A stretch of DNA of 26,410 bases from an uncultured archaeon (GTDB lineage Archaea; Asgardarchaeota; Lokiarchaeia; Sigyniarchaeales; Promethearchaeaceae), in the NCBI GenBank assembly GCA_964426185.1, contig CAYRPF010000041.1:1-26410 (forward strand), given 5' to 3'. Each line of letters opens with the position of its first letter. Position 1 is the first letter of the stretch. Below the pieces are notes generated by a model that worked only from the letters and a program-made list of their open reading frames with translations, had not been told where the DNA came from and ran no database searches. A program made the position numbers and the translations under genes. Shown piece by piece: positions 17,324 through 26,410 of the stretch.

Positions 17324-18328
17324 ATGAAAATCAGTCGCCTTTTAGTCTTAATTTTTGGAATTGCCGTTCCCATTTATATTTTAATCACTTTTCTGACGTT
17401 TGATTTTTCTCTCACTTGGCTTCCTTCAGATTGGAGTTACAACAGCAAAACTGTTGATATCATCGTAAATGTTATCGCACCTATCTTCTATTGTGTATCA
17501 TGGCTATATTTTAACTTTTTATTGGGTGATAGAATTGCCAAATCCTTAGAAATTATGAGAGGTACATCTGAAGGAATTTCTACTCACTACATTATTTTTT
17601 ACGGCGTCAACGCACTTGTTTTGCTGATAGCTTTTCTGATTCCGATTTTTACTCCTATTGTGGGGATTCTTTCCTTTTCTTCCATTGTATTCAAATTATT
17701 AACCACCAAAACCAGTTGGGAAGATCTTAGTGAAAAAGGAAAAAAGACCATCAAAACTTTTTCTATTTTAGCTGCAATTCCGATTGTTTTCGTATCTATT
17801 TTTGTAGTTCCAGAATTAATCACTCAATCTATCTCTTACTCCAAAGCATTTTGGAACGTGGTTGTGAATCCACTTTTCTGGTTGGTAAAATCTTATGGCG
17901 TTGCCATTCCAATTGGTAATTTCATCAATATTTATCGCAGGGGCGTGGCTGAAGTCGAAGGAAGGCGATATGAACAGTCAAATATTGATATATTTCTGAT
18001 TGAATTGATAATCACAGGATTCTTATTTTTCTTGGAATCGCAAAAAGTGGAATTTGTAAACATCTTGTATTATGCAGGAATGGCATTTTGGATATTAACC
18101 TTTTTTACTAATCTAAGGGTGGGTAAAAAGCGAGGAGGAAAAACTACAGAAAATCCCATTGGATTAATCTTAAACGCAATATTTTGGGTTGCTTGGTTCA
18201 TTTTCGGCAATGATAACTTAGATCCCAGCTTAGCTTGGGTAAAACTTGCGTTAACAATCGTATCAGCAGTAATCTTTTTCAGTGCTTTTCTGCTAATTTT
18301 CATCGGACACCCAGATCTGGATGATTAA
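17324..18328 (+). CDS. Hypothetical multi-pass membrane protein
   Basis: 334 aa with about 9-10 hydrophobic segments; no recognised motif. Confidence 0.8.
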   Translation: MKISRLLVLIFGIAVPIYILITFLTFDFSLTWLPSDWSYNSKTVDIIVNVIAPIFYCVSWLYFNFLLGDRIAKSLEIMRGTSEGISTHYIIFYGVNALVLLIAFLIPIFTPIVGILSFSSIVFKLLTTKTSWEDLSEKGKKTIKTFSILAAIPIVFVSIFVVPELITQSISYSKAFWNVVVNPLFWLVKSYGVAIPIGNFINIYRRGVAEVEGRRYEQSNIDIFLIELIITGFLFFLESQKVEFVNILYYAGMAFWILTFFTNLRVGKKRGGKTTENPIGLILNAIFWVAWFIFGNDNLDPSLAWVKLALTIVSAVIFFSAFLLIFIGHPDLDD

Positions 18329-18590
18329 TTTATCTATTTTTTCTACAACGGAAAAGGATTAAATTTTTTCTCTTCCCTTCCTTTTCATAATTAAGATTAT
18401 TTTAAAGCAATGCTAAAAGAGAAAAGAGGTAATATGTGGATGACATGCGGATTTAGAATCTTCCCAAAAAATAATTTTAAATAAGAGGGGGATTACTATG
18501 TTAGTGTTAGAACTTCAACAACTGAAACACCCCGTGCCGACACAAAAAACTCTTGAACGTTCTGAACTACGCTCAAAAAGAGGTGTCTAA

Positions 18591-18746
18591 TTGACGATTG
18601 AAATGAAAACAATTACAATATCCGACATATGCCCGAAATGTGGGTCAAAAATGGTACCAAGACGCCGCATCTCTCATAACCGCCCAGTTCATATTCTCCA
18701 ATGTAAAGTATGTAGGCACTATATTATATTGGAAAATGAAGAGTAA
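18591..18746 (+). CDS. 51-aa Zn-ribbon microprotein (not in ORF track)
   Basis: TTG start 5 nt after GAGGTG (18580-18585); MTIEMKTITISDICPKCGSKMVPRRRISHNRPVHILQCKVCRHYIILENEE. Alternative ATG at 18603. Confidence 0.75.
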   Translation: MTIEMKTITISDICPKCGSKMVPRRRISHNRPVHILQCKVCRHYIILENEE

Positions 18747-18822
18747 TTCTGCATGGGTATTTTTAATTCGTGTTTTGCATTTTTATTTGATTTTGATATA
18801 ATATTTGAACAAAATCTGATTT

Positions 18823-19239
18823 TTATTCCAGATTTTTACATTTTTCAAGAAAATCTTGTATCTTAATTCCTGAGCACGATACAATTTTTGTGGTGGATGT
18901 ATGCCCGTGCCGAATTTGAAGATTTCCTTTGGAAATTTGAAATTTTCTAGCTAAAATATCAATTACTGCTTTATTGGCTTTACCTTTAATGGGGGGAACG
19001 CTTACTGCAACTTGTAGTTCTTCAGAAGTTAAAAGAAGACGTTCAACCTTAGCATTAGGTTTTACATGAACTTCCAACAAAAATTCGTTATCTACTGCAG
19101 AATTGAGTTTGATAAACTTATATGGAATGATCATTGGCTCTGAATCTGAAGATTTAGCATTAAATGATTTGTTTTTCTTTTTTTTTATGTTAATCTCCCC
19201 TCTTGATGTATTCAATACCGAAGGTTTCGACTCCTCCAA
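18823..19239 (-). CDS. DUF167 / YggU family protein
   Basis: LEVHVKPNAK, VSVPPIKGKANKAVI, GHTSTTK. The true start may be the ATG at 19134. Confidence 0.88.
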   Translation of the reverse strand: MEESKPSVLNTSRGEINIKKKKNKSFNAKSSDSEPMIIPYKFIKLNSAVDNEFLLEVHVKPNAKVERLLLTSEELQVAVSVPPIKGKANKAVIDILARKFQISKGNLQIRHGHTSTTKIVSCSGIKIQDFLEKCKNLE

Positions 19240-20440
19240 CCAAAATTTGATAAGTATCTATTAACTCCCATGGCCTTTCATAATCTGGAACTTGCTCAAC
19301 TCGCTGAAGCATTCCTTTAATTTCGACTTTATCTCCACTTCGATAGAAACCCACAAATTCATGTTCATAAACTAATAATCGAGTTATTTTGTCGGCATCC
19401 TTACGAAATTTTGGTGGACATTGAAGGATATTAAACACTTTAATATTAAATAAGCCCGGATAATCAAAACCCCATTCATCCGATACAATTTGAGCTTGAA
19501 CACAACAGACATCAAAAGAAATAAATCGTGAATCGGGAGTAAAAAGAGGGCATTTCGGTAATTCTAGATAACTTGGAGCAAATGTTAATGAAATTTTTCG
19601 TTCGTTATAAAACATAAGATAAGGTTTATGATAGATATAATCGAAACACTCTTCCATGGGAAGTCCGGATTTTACACTCATTTTTTGAGCTAAGGGAAGA
19701 ATTTCGAGTTTAGTATATCTTCTGACTCCTTTTTTTCTGGAGAAGGGCCCAGAAGGAGATGGAACGGAGGAATTGAGTATTTTTTTGCAATTTTGATGGC
19801 CATAAATCATAAGGTCAATATCCGATTCAGGATGATGGCCCTTCCAAAGAATTGATCCGGTTACTCCCATATCCGAAAGATCGATTTTGAACATGGCAGA
19901 AAGAAAACTGACCACTTCAATGCATTCACGTTCCAAATTATCGAATTGAGTCAATTTTTCAGCCATAATCTTTTTTTTGAGAGAGAGCGAAATCATCCAG
20001 CCAGTTAATTCTTGTAGCCTATCCTCTGGCCGCCAGTGATGAATAATTTGACTATATGGAACCATAATCATTTTTCGTTGAAAAATAGAGCAGAATTGAG
20101 AATATGAATTTTCTCTTATATTATTTTGGGCAGAAATAGAAGAATAATTTGGGAGTATGCGAAAATAGTAGTGTTTTGTCCCTTTTTGAATCCACAAACG
20201 AAATTTGTGGGGTCTAATTTCTTCTAACGGATTGTATGGAAGGTTTTTTAAAATTTCATCTGCATTAGCTCTGGAAGATTGAACACGTTTGTATTTCTGT
20301 AAGGCGAACACTTGACCACGAAGATGAAATGACCCGATTACTTGATATAAATCGCCGTGAACATCTTCAAAATAATCTCGATCCCTAAAAATTTTGGATT
20401 TTAACTCTGAATTTGATGAAAAATCTGGTGAATTCTGCAT
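19190..20440 (-). CDS. Predicted archaeal nucleotidyltransferase (COG1665-like)
   Basis: RDRDYF at the N-terminus, MGVTGSIL...SDIDLMIYG (Pol-beta GS..DxD motif), C-terminal OB-like GDKVEIKGMLQRV. Confidence 0.8.
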   Translation of the reverse strand: MQNSPDFSSNSELKSKIFRDRDYFEDVHGDLYQVIGSFHLRGQVFALQKYKRVQSSRANADEILKNLPYNPLEEIRPHKFRLWIQKGTKHYYFRILPNYSSISAQNNIRENSYSQFCSIFQRKMIMVPYSQIIHHWRPEDRLQELTGWMISLSLKKKIMAEKLTQFDNLERECIEVVSFLSAMFKIDLSDMGVTGSILWKGHHPESDIDLMIYGHQNCKKILNSSVPSPSGPFSRKKGVRRYTKLEILPLAQKMSVKSGLPMEECFDYIYHKPYLMFYNERKISLTFAPSYLELPKCPLFTPDSRFISFDVCCVQAQIVSDEWGFDYPGLFNIKVFNILQCPPKFRKDADKITRLLVYEHEFVGFYRSGDKVEIKGMLQRVEQVPDYERPWELIDTYQILVGGVETFGIEYIKRGD

Positions 20441-20449
20441 GAGAAGCGT

Positions 20450-21838
20450 TCATCCCTCAGTATACATTTGTATAATACGATCTACCTCTTTTTGTAATTT
20501 CTGATATAATGAAGTGGTAAGTCTTATCCCGCCAGCCAACCCGTGTCCTCCCCCATGCCCACCATATTGTCGGGAAAAATCATGAATAACATGAACCGCA
20601 CCATGACCTCCATGGGCTGCAATAAAATCAGGAGTACAACGCACTGACAATTTATATTCTTCTGAATCTGGATTAGTTTTCCCTCCGATAAAAAGCATTT
20701 TAGTTCCATCATAGATATGATTTACAGATGCAAAACTACCAGTATCACTCCATTGAGCCTTGTGAATTTGCCCAGTTAAATCTACAAAAATAGCATAATG
20801 GGTGGTGATCTTTGGTAAATGGAGAAATATCGTTAGGTTCTGCACTAACCTTGAAATATATTCATTATACTTCTTTTTGGCTTCTTGTGTGATAAACTTT
20901 CGCCCAATTAAAGCACGGGCTTGGTTGGGAGAATCATGGCCAAAAATGGATATCACTTGAGCATGCTCAAAGGAATACCTAAGCAAACCTTTCTTGTTTG
21001 GTAAAATTAGATATTCTCCTAAAATTTTTATGCTGGGAAAGTGTGCAGCCAATTTTTCTGCTTCAGAATATGAAAGATCCTCAATTTTTTTTGATGGATC
21101 AAGAGAAAGCGAGGATATAATCTGCTTGGCTTTTTTTTGTGAACCTTCTACCTGGGGAAGAAATGGAAAAATGGAAGATGCCATGGCGGAATCCAGTCGA
21201 AGATGCTGCCCACCATATAAGCATATTCCCTCCTTTACTTCAACTTGTTCCAATTGCACGGCTTGTTCAATTACCAACTTATTGTAAGCGCGATAATCAT
21301 CAACATGATTTAGAGTATCTCCTGCGATCCCTATTGCAGCCAACCAAGCATATTTAGAAAGTGATTCATCAACTGAAACTGTAAAAAGATAATTTAAGGC
21401 TGATCCTACTATTTCTTTAAGGCCATGAAGGCCAAATAGAGTGGGATTGGCATTATAAACATTATTAGGTGGTTCAACATCCTCTGGCCATTTAAATTGA
21501 TGATGGTCAAGAATAAAAAAATGAGTTTTTGGAAATTTCACGGCATATTCATAGAGTAAATCACTGGAAGGACATAAATCGGAAACAATCACAGCATTGT
21601 TTAGTTCAGAATTTAACTCCAGTTGAGAAAGATATGTCTTCCACGGTTTAGATAAATTTAAACATGAAGAAGAAAAGGGTTTCCTAAATTTTTGTAGAAG
21701 TCGTTCAACCAATAAGCCCGAACAGATTCCATCTGCATCAGAATGATATAATAAATAAATTTTTTCATATTTACCAATATTTTCACGAAATTCTGCTGTA
21801 ATCATTTCCAAATGGTTTTCAAATTGTGAATTTATCAT
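20450..21838 (-). CDS. DHH family phosphoesterase, archaeal RecJ/Cdc45 (GAN)-like
   Basis: YHSDADGICSG, VSDL, ILDHH, NPTLFG, IGIAGD, and DHHA1 motif GGHGGGHGLAGG. Confidence 0.88.
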   Translation of the reverse strand: MINSQFENHLEMITAEFRENIGKYEKIYLLYHSDADGICSGLLVERLLQKFRKPFSSSCLNLSKPWKTYLSQLELNSELNNAVIVSDLCPSSDLLYEYAVKFPKTHFFILDHHQFKWPEDVEPPNNVYNANPTLFGLHGLKEIVGSALNYLFTVSVDESLSKYAWLAAIGIAGDTLNHVDDYRAYNKLVIEQAVQLEQVEVKEGICLYGGQHLRLDSAMASSIFPFLPQVEGSQKKAKQIISSLSLDPSKKIEDLSYSEAEKLAAHFPSIKILGEYLILPNKKGLLRYSFEHAQVISIFGHDSPNQARALIGRKFITQEAKKKYNEYISRLVQNLTIFLHLPKITTHYAIFVDLTGQIHKAQWSDTGSFASVNHIYDGTKMLFIGGKTNPDSEEYKLSVRCTPDFIAAHGGHGAVHVIHDFSRQYGGHGGGHGLAGGIRLTTSLYQKLQKEVDRIIQMYTEG

Positions 21839-21944
21839 GATAGTATACCTATTTAATTAATGCACCATAGATTTTTTTTGCTTGTTAAAATTTTTGAGTA
21901 TAATTGCATAAATAAGTTGCGAAAAATAACCTTACTGATGAGAA

Positions 21945-23720
21945 ATGAAGAAATCCAATATATCTCTTGTATCCCTTTCGGTTTTATTTATCTTTGCATT
22001 TTCCTTATTAACACAAGCCTTGGTATTTAATCCTCAAACCACCTCTTTCCAAGGTTTCCCTACAAGTTTACCCAATTCTCCTTTGGGAGCTGCAAATGGA
22101 ACCACTTCAGAACCGATACAACCCCATGAAATTAAAGAAGACCAGTTAAACGATTTAGGACACATTGAAATTTACGGTTTTTCGGTTCGAGAAGAAATTA
22201 GAGCTACTAACTTTTTCCGAGATGATATCGCTCATATTACTTACGATCATGATGTTGAAACGGTTAATCCCAAATTTGATTCAACAATCCGTGCTGCTAG
22301 TGCAGAATATGCAACTGGAAATGCCGAAAATCGCAACAGCTCTGTGGTAATTCTGCTGAACGAAACTGTAAAATGGACATATACTGAAGATGCTAGTTCA
22401 TTTATGGTTGGTTTTGCGCCTTTAGTTCAACCTGCTACATTTCATGCCATGTTTATGAATGATACTCAATTAACCGAAGATAATTACACTATTGAAAGTA
22501 AATTTACTGGCGGAATCTTCTACACTTGGTTTTATTATAACTTTACCACCTTATTCAATCAATATTCAAGTGGAGAATTCATAATAAAATACCAATATAC
22601 CGTTGAAATTCCAATTTCTGAATGGAAAGTTATTAATCAACCCATAATTCCCGATGAAGATTCGGATGAATACCAAAATCCTTTCCAATATATCACCGGA
22701 ATCAAGAATAATTTCACGATGCCCTATATAATGAATATAACATTTGGTGAAGAAGGTTGGCTATTCAACGTGAGTGCAAAATTTCGCATTATCTTTCCTG
22801 ATCCAGAGGATATTTTTGATGTTGAATTAACCAATTACTCCGATACTCCAATTGATGAATTACCTTATTCACTAGAAAATAATACTCTCACATTAAATGT
22901 CTGGACTTTTTTGGATCAACGAAAAACTTTGAGTGCAAATTTCAAAGCAAATTTTACCGTAGAAATCTTGGAAAGTATTGATGGAAAACAATTCTGGTGT
23001 GAAGATCGTTTAGTTTCAGGAATAAGAAATCGTGAAAGAGATTATAAAATTACTGTTTCAGAAGGTCCCGCTGATCTAATGGTTGCAATGTTCGGATTGA
23101 ATGATACCACCATCTATTTCGATGATTTGAATGAAGATCGTGATGATCGAATTTCCAGTGCATTGAATCGAGAAGTGGTAGTTATTGACATGAATCGGTC
23201 AACAGGACAGCCTTCCGGGACAATCATTTCTGGAAATGAAACTTTGGAGTATATTGATGGAATTTCCATGCTGATTTCAGGTGAATCTTACTTAACTCCT
23301 TATTTGTTATTCAAAGATGAAGTAGATATCATTACCGTCAAATATCAAGCCACACGAGATTTGAATTTAGTTATTACAGATAACACAAAAACTCCAATTG
23401 CTGGGGTAAAAATGAATATTTATCTGGCAAACCACAGATTTGGTTCCAAAATGAGTGTGTATGAGAATTTACCCTATCCCAGCAAAACATCGGATAATAC
23501 AGGTAGAATTGTAGTTTACGGTGTTCCAATTGGAGACTATACCATCGAAATTTTGGACTCTGAGGGAAATCCCTTACAAAATCTTACCGCTTCTTCCTTG
23601 CAAGCAGAAAATCAATTGGTTACACAAATTCCGCATTTTCCCTTAATAATTATTATTTTCAGCGCAGTTAGTGTGACCAGCATAATTGCAGGTATCATCA
23701 TCTATAAGAAAAGGCAGTAA
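21945..23720 (+). CDS. Cell-surface glycoprotein with signal peptide, beta-rich/Ig-like domains and C-terminal TM anchor
   Basis: MKKS plus hydrophobic signal, many N-x-S/T sequons, carboxypeptidase-regulatory-like segment (TPIAGVKMNIY...SDNTGRI...VPIGDYTI), IPHFP-TM-KKRQ tail. Confidence 0.8.
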   Translation: MKKSNISLVSLSVLFIFAFSLLTQALVFNPQTTSFQGFPTSLPNSPLGAANGTTSEPIQPHEIKEDQLNDLGHIEIYGFSVREEIRATNFFRDDIAHITYDHDVETVNPKFDSTIRAASAEYATGNAENRNSSVVILLNETVKWTYTEDASSFMVGFAPLVQPATFHAMFMNDTQLTEDNYTIESKFTGGIFYTWFYYNFTTLFNQYSSGEFIIKYQYTVEIPISEWKVINQPIIPDEDSDEYQNPFQYITGIKNNFTMPYIMNITFGEEGWLFNVSAKFRIIFPDPEDIFDVELTNYSDTPIDELPYSLENNTLTLNVWTFLDQRKTLSANFKANFTVEILESIDGKQFWCEDRLVSGIRNRERDYKITVSEGPADLMVAMFGLNDTTIYFDDLNEDRDDRISSALNREVVVIDMNRSTGQPSGTIISGNETLEYIDGISMLISGESYLTPYLLFKDEVDIITVKYQATRDLNLVITDNTKTPIAGVKMNIYLANHRFGSKMSVYENLPYPSKTSDNTGRIVVYGVPIGDYTIEILDSEGNPLQNLTASSLQAENQLVTQIPHFPLIIIIFSAVSVTSIIAGIIIYKKRQ

Positions 23721-23863
23721 TTGCAGTAATTGCTGTTTTTCATCTTTTTTACTATCTTTATATTCTTCAATATCCTTTTCTAGATTTAATTGAATATTTC
23801 TTACTAAAATTCAATATAAAATTTTTATTCACAATTGCGCAATAGATATTAGTTGAGAACTAG

Positions 23864-24187
23864 ATGATTATTTTTCATTACGATGTATTAGAACAATTCT
23901 TAAATCAACTTCCCCGAAATATTTCTTCAGAAGTATTTATTCAATATTTAGAACCGAATCCAGAGCTAGAACTGCAAGATCTAAATAGTCATCAGATTAT
24001 CCTTCAATTTTTAGGCAGGCCTGATGATAGTAATGCCCATTTAAACATCTTACATCAATGTGTGATTAACATCAATTCAAAGAAGGAACGAAAAGAAGTT
24101 GTTCAAAGAATTGAAACCGCCTTAAATTCGCTTCAAAATTTCAAGGTTGTGCGGGGGAAAATTTCTGAAGTCGTACATTCATATTAG
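23864..24187 (+). CDS. Hypothetical protein, 107 aa
   Basis: ATG ORF filling an intergenic gap; no motif recognised. Confidence 0.65.
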   Translation: MIIFHYDVLEQFLNQLPRNISSEVFIQYLEPNPELELQDLNSHQIILQFLGRPDDSNAHLNILHQCVININSKKERKEVVQRIETALNSLQNFKVVRGKISEVVHSY

Positions 24188-24252
24188 TTGATTGTTAGAA
24201 ACAGTCTTTAAGGTTATAATTGTCGGTGGATGAAGTTGGCGCGTCTATAACC

Positions 24253-24606
24253 TTAAAGACTTTTTTTATCCTCGGGAATAATCCAGCTTTTTTTATCCTC
24301 GGGGATATACTGTTCCTTTATGAAGATTAATTTTGCCCGTTGACCAGTTTTGTTAAGCAAACCATGAGGTTCACCCGGATCTAGTCGAATTGCAGTTCCG
24401 ACAGGAATATCTAGTTCCTCATCTTTTAATAGAAAAGTGATCACCCCTTCAATAGTATAAAAAGTTTCAGCCAATTTTTCATGATAATGAGCACTTTTTC
24501 TTTCACCTGGCTGTAAGGTAATGGTACCCCAATCGATATTTGGGCCACGAATCATATAAACAACTCCTTCTTTGTTTGTTTGCTTGTTTTCGTGAACTAT
24601 CTGCAT
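24253..24606 (-). CDS. Cupin domain protein
   Basis: LQPGERKSAHYHEKLAETFYTIEG and LDPGEPHGLLN; AGGTG RBS. Confidence 0.9.
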   Translation of the reverse strand: MQIVHENKQTNKEGVVYMIRGPNIDWGTITLQPGERKSAHYHEKLAETFYTIEGVITFLLKDEELDIPVGTAIRLDPGEPHGLLNKTGQRAKLIFIKEQYIPEDKKSWIIPEDKKSL

Positions 24607-24650
24607 TTTAATTCACCTACATTTTAAAAAAAAAAACTATCATTCTATTG

Positions 24651-26057
24651 CTACCAAGCAGCTTCCAAAAGTTTTCCGATTTCTTCGGGAGTTGGTGTTC
24701 TGGGATTAGAATTTACTGAACCTCCTTTCGTATTTTGAACGATCCATGGAAAGTCATCTTGCAAAATACCTAGATCACGCAAGCGGAGCGGTAATTGAAT
24801 TTGAGCGAAAATTTCTTTGATCATTCCTGCCAATCGACGCGCATTTTCATAATCTTTGCAATTAGGCTCATATTTAGTGAAAAAATCTAATTGATTAATC
24901 ACTTTAGCAATTTGTGTGTATTTCAAAGGAAATTTTTCTGCGTTATATTCAATAACATAAGGTAACAAGGCGGCACATATCTTTCCATGGGGAACTTGAT
25001 ATTTGTAACCTATTGGATGAGCTAATCCATGGACTAGCCCTAATCCGACATTAGACAAGGCAACTCCCGCAAAGAATGAGCCCAACATCATTTCAGCACG
25101 TGCAGAATAATCATTTCCATTTTCAACCACCCTTTTTAAATTCGGAGCGATCAGCATAATAGCCTGCATGGCATAAATATCAGCAATAGGATGGCTACGT
25201 TTAGACACATAGGCTTCAATGGCTTGAACCAAAGCATCTGTACCACTAGCAGCTGAAACTTCGGGAGGACAAGAGAAAGTTAATTCTGGATCAAGCAATA
25301 TATATTTCGCAACTATTTGATTTCCTCGAATACTACGCTTAAAACCTCTAAGTGGGTCGATAAGTACGGAATTATTAGTGATCTCAGAGCCTGTTCCAGC
25401 AGTGGTTGGGATCGCAATAAAAGGCAGGCCAGGAACTTCAAACGGCTTTCCATCATGATAATCTTCCGCCAATCCTCCGTTTGTAGTAATTCCCGCAACC
25501 GCTTTTGCTACATCCAATACCGACCCACCTCCAACACCTACCACATAGTGAGGATTTTCTAAGAGAGCCAACTTAACCCCTTCATTCACCATATCAACAG
25601 TAGGTTCTCCAGGGGGAATTTGATAATGGATGCTTTCAATGGCGTTATTTTGACATGCTTCTACAATTCGCGCATAAGCGCCATTATTAACCGAAGATCG
25701 ACCGGTGACAATCAATACTTTAGGTTGGGAAATCTCGGCTTTTTTAATATATGGAAGCATTGGATCGAGCAGTTCAAAGATAGCTTGAGGAACTTCACGA
25801 GAGATACCTTTACCAAAGCGAATTTTAGGGGCGGGAAATGTGAATTGAACATCTTCCCATTCAGTGTGGACTATAATTGGTTTTCCAATAAAATTTAATA
25901 TAGGAGAAAGTTGTTCTTTTCGAGGTGTTTCTTGTTCAGAATTATGAGAATTTATTATTTTTTCTTTGCTTTCTTTACCTTCTAACTTATCAGAATGTTC
26001 TGGTATCTTTTCCGATGACTCTTTAGTAGGATGAGATTGTTTTTTTTCTGTATTCAT
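24651..26057 (-). CDS. Iron-containing alcohol dehydrogenase
   Basis: GVGGGSVLDVAKA, IPTTAGTGSEIT, DALVQAIEAY, GLVHGLAH, VPHG. Charged N-terminal extension; ATG 26057 preferred over TTG 26102. Confidence 0.9.
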   Translation of the reverse strand: MNTEKKQSHPTKESSEKIPEHSDKLEGKESKEKIINSHNSEQETPRKEQLSPILNFIGKPIIVHTEWEDVQFTFPAPKIRFGKGISREVPQAIFELLDPMLPYIKKAEISQPKVLIVTGRSSVNNGAYARIVEACQNNAIESIHYQIPPGEPTVDMVNEGVKLALLENPHYVVGVGGGSVLDVAKAVAGITTNGGLAEDYHDGKPFEVPGLPFIAIPTTAGTGSEITNNSVLIDPLRGFKRSIRGNQIVAKYILLDPELTFSCPPEVSAASGTDALVQAIEAYVSKRSHPIADIYAMQAIMLIAPNLKRVVENGNDYSARAEMMLGSFFAGVALSNVGLGLVHGLAHPIGYKYQVPHGKICAALLPYVIEYNAEKFPLKYTQIAKVINQLDFFTKYEPNCKDYENARRLAGMIKEIFAQIQLPLRLRDLGILQDDFPWIVQNTKGGSVNSNPRTPTPEEIGKLLEAAW

Positions 26058-26152
26058 CTCATTACTAAATACGCCAAGATGCTTTAAATGTATTTTCACC
26101 AAATTGGGAATAACTTTACTAATTACAAAAAAATATCAACACAATAATTGTA

Positions 26153-26410
26153 TTACCAATAGTAGAAAAAATGCTTCTGAACCAATTTCTTGGCAGGAGA
26201 GAAAAAAGCCTGATCAATTATTTCATTCTTTAAGGCATCTTCAAAAAAATCCCCAAACTCTTCCAAAAAAACCTGCATTTTTTGGCGAATTTTGGATAAC
26301 TCTTTAGTGGTAAATACCACCATAAACACATTTTGATACTCTTCAATTAGAATGCTCAACCCTTCTCTTTTAATAACCTTCAAAGATTTTTGGGAGTGAA
26401 CAATTTCATC
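26153..26410 (-). CDS. 5'-partial protein ending in a longin-like domain
   Basis: Frame is open to the window edge (DEIVHSQKSLKVIKREGLSILIEE...FLEEFGDFFED...FSPAKKLVQKHF). Pattern matches Asgard C-terminal longin-like domains. Confidence 0.6.
   Translation of the reverse strand, partial: DEIVHSQKSLKVIKREGLSILIEEYQNVFMVVFTTKELSKIRQKMQVFLEEFGDFFEDALKNEIIDQAFFSPAKKLVQKHFFYYW

Noticed and set aside
4004-26307. Short ORFs antisense to or overlapping the long genes (e.g. 4004, 4747, 5494, 6831, 8073-10712 set, 11709, 13863, 15556, 16334, 16822, 17599, 18070, 20524, 20994, 21139, 22165, 25313, 25317, 25620, 26104)
   Set aside because: Shadow ORFs of well-supported genes, with no motifs of their own.

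Overview
AT-rich archaeal DNA, most consistent with an Asgard (Lokiarchaeia-like) genome. This is inferred from two longin-like proteins, archaeal RecJ/GAN, COG1665 and SelB-like proteins, BRE/TATA promoters and a Loki-CTERM-like anchor. The left ~7.5 kb looks like a defence/accessory island. It holds a 5'-partial MBL/beta-CASP nuclease, an orphan cas6, and a one-spacer degenerate CRISPR mini-array with a 48-aa ORF, both lying between two 233-bp direct repeats. It also holds a minus-strand three-gene operon: a wHTH/Zn-finger protein, a ~100-aa protein broken by a 1-nt frameshift, and a 1001-aa Rad50/SMC-like ABC ATPase fused to a C-terminal Regnase-1/Zc3h12a-type NYN ribonuclease. That operon is the best candidate for an undescribed system, resembling RloC, Lamassu and ABC-3C immunity modules. 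The rest is mostly housekeeping or hypothetical: KaiC-like/PPDK_N protein, AAA_14-DUF4143 ATPase, cold-shock protein, longin proteins, several small Zn-ribbon proteins (two missed by the ORF track), TM2 protein, CorA, SelB-like protein, YggU, nucleotidyltransferase, RecJ/Cdc45-like DHH protein, surface glycoprotein, cupin and Fe-ADH. All calls come from reading motifs by eye; no searches were run.
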